Source: the human T2T-CHM13v2.0 reference genome, Homo sapiens. Taken from it: a stretch of 64,000 nt of DNA. Where the stretch lies: NCBI RefSeq assembly GCF_009914755.1, contig NC_060935.1; one strand, given 5' to 3'. Each line of letters starts with the position of its first letter. Within the stretch, counting starts at the first letter, position 1. Of the stretch, positions 57,286 to 64,000 are shown in pieces. The notes under the pieces were generated by a model that saw only the letters and a list, made by a program, of their open reading frames with translations, did not search any database and was not told the origin of the DNA. Made by a program: the position numbers and the translations under genes.

Positions 57286-60200
57286 ACTCCTTAATTCGTT
57301 ACAGAGAATAAGTCCACTCCCTCTTCTGCCTGATAACCATCTAAATAATGATAGTGACACTAAGGACTTGAACCTGACTCTTCTAATTTCAAAAGACTAC
57401 CCCTGCCCCATCACTTTACAGCATCATTAAGGCTTTCTGGTTAATTGGAATTATTCTGCCAGATTAAATGTTTCATGTGCCATTTAGTTTTTTAGTAGCT
57501 TTTTATGATTTGAAAACAATATGCTTTTTTACTCCTTTTTTCCCCAACTAATTGATATGTTGGTCTAACCTAATTAATAAATCTTTTGGTTTATTTACTT
57601 TAGGAGTAAAAAATATGCCCGATTCACATGATTAGAATCAATTTATGACTAAATAAATTATGAAGTTATGTAACATGTGATTTATCCTATTAAAATGATT
57701 ACGAAAGAGCAATTCCAAATGGTGATTATAGTCTCCAACTGAAGTCAGATTTCGGTCTTAGTCATCTCTATGTCATCAGTTAGGCAAACAAATGCCTAAA
57801 TTATCACTAATATAAGAGATGTGGCTATAAGTGTCTTAGTACTGAGTTCATTTGCAGAGTAATATAATTACATATTTGGCATAAATACAATTCAGAGACT
57901 GTTCAGAACTCTCTTCTTTCTCATATCAAAGTCTATTTACTACTAAAATGATTCTGATGAATAATGCAACCTTATTCTTTTATAGAACAGACTAACAATA
58001 CACTGCCCGTCCCAGAAAAACACAAAAATCATTACCTTCATTTCTAGGAATATAAACTTTGGAAGCCTAAGGAAAATCTAACCTAATAAAGGTAACATTT
58101 TATTGAGAAGAGTAGATAATTGTCAAAAATTGGGCATTTTATTATTTATTTTCATTTTAGCATCACCTTTTGCTAAAATGTAGGAAACTTTTATTTATAC
58201 TAAGCAAACTGAGCCCTGGTATTATGTATCACTGGGTGCATTTGAATGAACAACAGATAAGTTTGTCCCCCAATACAGGATAACTACATGTGGTTCAGTC
58301 CTGGAGAAGCACAATTTACAACAGTGCTTCGAGGCAGTATAACACATTGGAAAGAGCAAGCTTTTGATATGGATAGATTTGGATTGAATTCTAGCTTTCT
58401 TCTGTATTGAGTTGGTGAACTTTTGAGTCTCATGTTTTTCACATGTAAAATAGTTAAAACCTTCTCATGTGGTTGTTGTAATGATTAAATGGGGTAATAT
58501 ATAAAAGCATTTTTCAGAGCCTGGCACATAATAAGCATGTTAGACATGTTAATTTTCTTATTCTAAACTCTGTAATTAATCCTAGAGAAGCCCTCCCCTC
58601 ACCACATTCTTTTGCAGGCACAAAGTTATGAAACTGGAGTTGGAGAAAGGTGGAGGGTCCCTTGAAGCCAAAAGTGAAGCTCAAATGACAGTGTCTGTCT
58701 TTTGCAGAAATAGCTGTTATATCAGCATGTACTGATTTTAAAGATGATGTAGACATACTTCAATCAATTTAAATTTCCTTTATGGTTAATACAGGGGAGT
58801 ATAAAAGATATATATGTAGGGACTAAACTTATCCCAAGTATATTTGATAAATAAAACTACAAAAATACAAATATTGCATATAAGACAGTATTTTTTAAGG
58901 TTGGAAATAAATGTATAAGGATATACAATATAGTCATTTTCTGATTTAAAAAGCCTTTTAAAATTTTTATGTGCTGTGATCTGATCATTTCTCAAGTCAC
59001 CTTTGTAAGTGCCTGTTTTCTGACGGCCTCTATACATTGTCATTCTGACCTGAACAAGCAGAACAATTAAAGTATTATAGGTTCACTGTATCCTGAGCTG
59101 AACCAAACTCTTGTGATTCCAAAGCTGCAGGATGAGCTGCTACCTCTGCCATAACTAGAAGATGAGTAATCAAGAACCTCCCATCAGAACTGTTGTTTCC
59201 AAGAATGTACTTTTTAGCTAAGCTACAGGGATCAGGAGGTTGTCTAAAACGATTGGATCCAGGGACATGATACAGTTCCTATGTCAGCACAGCTAAAAAG
59301 AAGATGCCCTAGGCACAACCACTTGGCACTTGTGAAATTATTGACTAAAGAATGGAGATTCTGATAGCACAGCTCAGAAAAACCCAACACCTCTTACAAC
59401 CACTGTGTATGCCAGAAAAAAGTAGCAGATGAAAAGGAAGTACAATTTCTAACTCATTTCCATATTCTAAGACTTGCCTAAGTAAGTTTGATTAGCTGAA
59501 TCTAAATTATATCTGATAACCTAGAGACATGGCATCTGCAAGGGTATATGAGATAGGTAGTGAGCAGCTTTCATCTTTAAAGATGTAAGAAGGAACTTCA
59601 ATTTCTATGCAAGATGGAATGAGAGAAATCAGCTTTAACCTCCTGCTTCAAACAACCAAAAGTAAATAAAATCAGACAAACTATAGGGAATAATGATTTC
59701 CCAGACACCAGACATCAGACAATGAAGGACAAGAATCTTTAGTAGATGGGAAACAAATGAGGTAACTGCCCCAGCTTTCTGCCTTGACAGAGTCTCGAGG
59801 CCATCAAGCAGGGACAAAGAACCCAGGAGAAGCCTGGCAGACTCTCTTAGTTGAAGACATGGAACTGAGAATCTGAAGAGATCAACATGGCTAGAGTTTG
59901 CAGAAAAGAGTATCAGAAGAGAGCTGCACAGAAAGAAAATTCTGGAAATATGCTGAGAACCACTCTTGAGTATTTAGCAGAGTACTGATTGGCATCTGTG
60001 TGCATGAAGAAACTACAAGAGGCCAGAGAAAGAACCATTTTGAAGGATGAGTAGGATCAATACTTGGCATTTGTAAAGGGCTGAGATCAGTGCTGGTTCT
60101 CACCAGCTAAACTAGAAAACTTCACAATTCATGGGGCATTAAGTAGTATGCTCAGAAAAATCTTGCTTCAGTAGTAAAACATAATTACCCCTAAATGCTG

Positions 60201-61391
60201 CCCTCCCATCTAAAAAAATTTAAAAGCAAAACTTGAAGAGATCAGCAAAACTTGAAAAGATCAGTTCCATGATACATTTCAATATTTACAGAAATGCAAA
60301 AATATCTGGCCCCAATAAAGTAAAATTCACCATGTCTGGCATTTAGTCAAATATTACCAGGCATAAAAAGAAGTAGAACAATATGACTGACAATGGGAGA
60401 AAAAAATAACCAATCAAAACGAACCCATAACTGACACAAATGTTAGAAGTGGCAGAAAAGAACATTAAAACAATTTTATAATTGTATTGCAGATGGTCAA
60501 CAAGTTAAATAGGGACATGAAACATATAAAAAAAATCCAAATTAAACTTGTAGGCATAAAAACTACAATGTTGAAAATGAAAAATATGCTGAATAGAATT
60601 AAAGGCAAATTAAACAATGCCTAAAATATTAATGAACATAAAATACATAGCAATGGAAACTAACCAAGTTAGTTACTAACCAACTAACCAAACTAACCGT
60701 GAAAAAATAATTCTAAAGAATGACAAGAGTATCAACCAACTGTGAGACACCCTCAAGTAGACTAATAGACCTCTAATTGGAGTTTCCAAAGTGTAGGAAG
60801 AGTGAGAAGGAAAGGAAAAATATTTGAAGGAATCATGACCAATAATTTTCCAAATTTTATTGAAAACTATGAATATTTTAATCCAAGAAGCTTAATACCA
60901 CAGAAGCACAAGAAACATAAAGAGAAACACACCAAGATACATCATAATCAAACAGCTTAGTAGCACTAATAAAAAGAAAAAATTTATTTATGCCAGGAAA
61001 AAGAAACATGCTTCATGCAAAGAGAATAAGGAAGACAAGGATGACAAGAGGCTTCTCATCAGAAACAACATGGGTAAGAAAACAGTGAAGGCAACATCTT
61101 TAAAGTTACCTGCACTGTAAGGGTCAACTTAAAATTCTATATCCAGATAAAATATCTTTCAAAAATAAAGGCAAAATAAAGACTTTTTTCAAACATAAAA
61201 TGCTGAAAGAATTCCTTAGTAGCAGATGTGCACTTAAAGAAGTAGTGAAGGAAGTACTCCAGGCAGAAGTGAAATGACACCTAATGGAAGTCTGGATATA
61301 TATAAAGGAAGTACCCTGGGAATGGTAACTATGTGGATGAATACCTAAGCCTTTTCCTTGTTATTTAAACTTCTTTAAAACAATTGTCCAC

Positions 61392-62466
61392 TGTGATGGT
61401 TAATACTGAGTGTCAACTTGATTGGATTGAAGGATACAAAGTATTGATACTGGGTATGTCTTTGAAGGTGCTGCCAAAGGAGATTAACATTTGAGTCAGT
61501 GGGCTGGGGAAGGCAGATCCACCCTTAATCTGGTAGGCACAATCTAATCAGCTGCCAGCGAATATAAAGCAGGCAGAAAAACGTGAAAAGGACAGACTGG
61601 CCTAGCCTCCCAGCCTACATCTTTCTCCCATGCTGGATGCTTCCTGCCCTCGAACATCGGACTCCAAGTTCTTCAGTTTTGGGACTTGGACTGGCTCTCC
61701 TTGCTCCTCAGCTTGCAGACACCCTATTGTGGGACCTTGTGATAGTCTAAGTTAATACTTAATAAACAATAGAATATATATATATCTTATTAGTTCTAAT
61801 AGGAGATATATATATCTTATTAGTTCTAATAGGAGATATATGTATCTTATTAGTTCTAATAGGAGATATATATCTTATTAGTTCTAATAGGATAGATATA
61901 TAATAGTTTATATAGGAACTAATAGGATATATATATATAAAATAGGATATATTATATATATATATAATAGGATATATTATATATATATGTATTAGTCAGG
62001 GTTCCCTAGAGGGACAGAATTAATAGAATATATATATATATATATATATATATATCCTATTTATAATAGGATATATATTATAACATATATATGTTATTTA
62101 TAATAGGATATATTTATAATATATAATATTATAAATATATCCTATTTATATCCTATAATAAATAGGATATTATAAATATATAATTATTAAATTATCCTAT
62201 AAATAGGATATTATAAATATATAATTATTAAATTAAAAATATTAAATATATTATATTTTATATATTTATATTTTATATATAAATACAAAATATTAAATAT
62301 ATATTATATAATTATAAATATATAATTATATTATAAATATATATAATATAAATATATAAATGGAAGTTTATATATGTATAATTATATATATTTATAATAT
62401 ATAATATATATTTAATATTTTGTATTTATATTATATATAAATATATAAATAAATATATATAATACA
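61392..62466 (+). mobile_element. Solo HERV-L LTR MLT2A1-like with rearranged, AT-expanded 3' end
   Basis: tgtgatggttaatactgagtgtcaacttgattggattgaagg...cttaataaac (61392-61767); terminal taataca at 62460-62466; TSD tccac/tctac. Confidence 0.88.
61768..62460. repeat. AT-rich minisatellite / palindromic low-complexity tract
   Basis: Four ~30-bp units atatatatcttattagttctaataggagat, (TA)n runs, ~42-bp tandem units and long inverted arms. Confidence 0.95.
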
Positions 62467-62510
62467 TCTACTTAACCCAAAATACTAACAATGTGTCATG
62501 GGGTTTATTT

Positions 62511-62558
62511 TGTGTGTGTGTGTGTATACATATATATATGTATACACACACACACACA
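62511..62558. repeat. Perfect 48-bp alternating purine-pyrimidine palindrome (TG)7 TATACA (TA)4 TGTATA (CA)7
   Basis: The sequence equals its own reverse complement. Confidence 0.93.
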
Positions 62559-64000
62559 CTGTATCATATAAAATATGTGACAATACCACAAAAACCAGAA
62601 GAAAGAAAACTATACTTTGTAAGGTTCTAATGCGGTACATGAAGTATTATAATATTGATAGTAATGCTAGAATGGGATAAGTTAAACATGTACACTACAA
62701 ACCCTAAAGCAACCACTAATATAACAACAACATCTGGAGAGTTATAGCTAATAAATCAACAAATGAGATAAAATGGAGTTATAACAATTATCCAGTAAAC
62801 CTCCAAACAGACATGCAAAGAGAAAAAAAGAGAATAGAGAACAGTACCAAGATGATTAGACTTAAACCTAATGACACCAACAATCATGTCAACTGTAAAA
62901 AGTTCAAGGCACTTCAATTAAAAGGCAGCAACTGTTTGTTAGACCGGATAAAAAAGAAAGATCCAACTATATAGTGTTTATAAGAAATACACTTTAAATT
63001 CAAAGGTACAACTAGGTTAAAATTAAAGAGATGGAAAAAATATATACCATATTGACACTAGTCAAAAGAAAGTTGGAATGACTGCATTAATATATAAAAA
63101 AAGCAGATTTCAGAGCAAAGAATATTATGAGCAATGATGAAGCCCCAAATTTATCCAGAGGATATAAAAAGCCTAAATCTTTATTCATGTAATAACAGCT
63201 TCAAAATACATGAAACAAAAATGTGAACATTAGCAACTTGACTTAATTAGCATTTATAGACTACCCATCAACAATATATTCTTTTCAAGTGCGTATGAAA
63301 CATTTACCAACAAAGATTATTATATTTCTGGGTCATAAAACAAGTCTTAAGGATTCAAGTCATACAAAGAATGTTCTCAGACCACACAGACAGTGAGTGA
63401 TAGAATTGAGCATTCAAGACCTGCCTAGTATAGAATATTTGCTTCCCCACTGTGTTTTCCTCCTTGTTGCTTTACATGTGTTTGGATTTTTCTCTGATAT
63501 ATGTGGCTCTGGGCTTCTTTCCTTGCCTCAACAATAACAGCTCCCTGGTAGGGAAGAGGCTTCCACTAACCTCTTCCACAAAACTCCAGGAATAAACACT
63601 TTCTTCACAATCAGTCAACTGAAGCAATGTGTTGTGGTAAGCAAAATTCTTAATGTAAGATATTTGGACTTTGAGAGAGTAAATATCTAGGCAAATAAAA
63701 TGTTGCATTTATTCTACACATTAATTTCAAGTATGAAAATAACTCCACTCCAGAAGCTGATGCAATTATATCATATTATGCTCTATTTTCTCAGCTGTTC
63801 TTATTTGCTATTTGATGTTTAAAAAACTACCTCTTTCTCACGTGGTCCATGCCTTAGACTACGTAGCTATGGCAATTTTGTTTCTGGCCAAACCAGCATA
63901 ATGGATATCGCCACATTCCTGTGACTGTATCTAGATTTTGACCAAAAACTAAAGACAAAATTAATGCAAATTATGTGCAGATTTTATAGACGTTTATTTT

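Larger units (their letters stand above)
59600..63390 (+). mobile_element. Old LINE-1 (L1M, L1MC/MD-like) 5' region with ORF1 remnant and ORF2 endonuclease start, interrupted by an MLT2A LTR
   Basis: ORF1-like ctaattggagtttcca...aaatatttgaaggaatcatgaccaataattttccaaat, cttctcatcagaaacaa, attctatatccagataaaatatctttcaaaaataaaggc. ORF2-like caattaaaaggcag...gatccaactatatagtgtttataagaaatacac at ~62900-63000. Confidence 0.82.

Noticed and set aside
61775-61890. ~30-bp palindromic units resembling a CRISPR array
   Set aside because: No unique spacers, no cas genes, eukaryotic context; the units derive from the MLT2A LTR end.

Overview
This is AT-rich primate (most likely human) genomic DNA from inside the very large neuronal MAGUK gene DLG2 (PSD-93/chapsyn-110), transcribed on the minus strand. 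Only two coding exons are supportable: a 177-bp SH3-domain exon (26149-26325) and a 76-bp HOOK-region exon (17175-17250), which join in frame across an 8.9-kb intron. The rest is intron dominated by interspersed repeats: the 5' 3.1 kb of a decayed L1PA4-like LINE-1, older L1M, L2, L3 and MIR copies, eight Alus plus a FLAM, several ERVL/MaLR LTRs, a MER5A and microsatellites. I found no prokaryotic genes, CRISPR arrays, RNA genes or credible novel protein-coding system. The most unusual signals are DNA-repair and retrotransposition scars. (1) A 215-bp, 98.6% identical templated insertion copied from 2 kb away, with a snap-back hairpin and locally templated filler at its junctions. (2) An MLT2A LTR whose terminus was duplicated in inverted orientation inside a ~700-bp AT-rich palindromic expansion. 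(3) A 17-bp 'micro-Alu' with a perfect 16-bp target-site duplication (TSD). (4) An Alu orientation switch around the frame-symmetric SH3 exon. Repeat subfamily calls and old-repeat boundaries were made by eye and are approximate.
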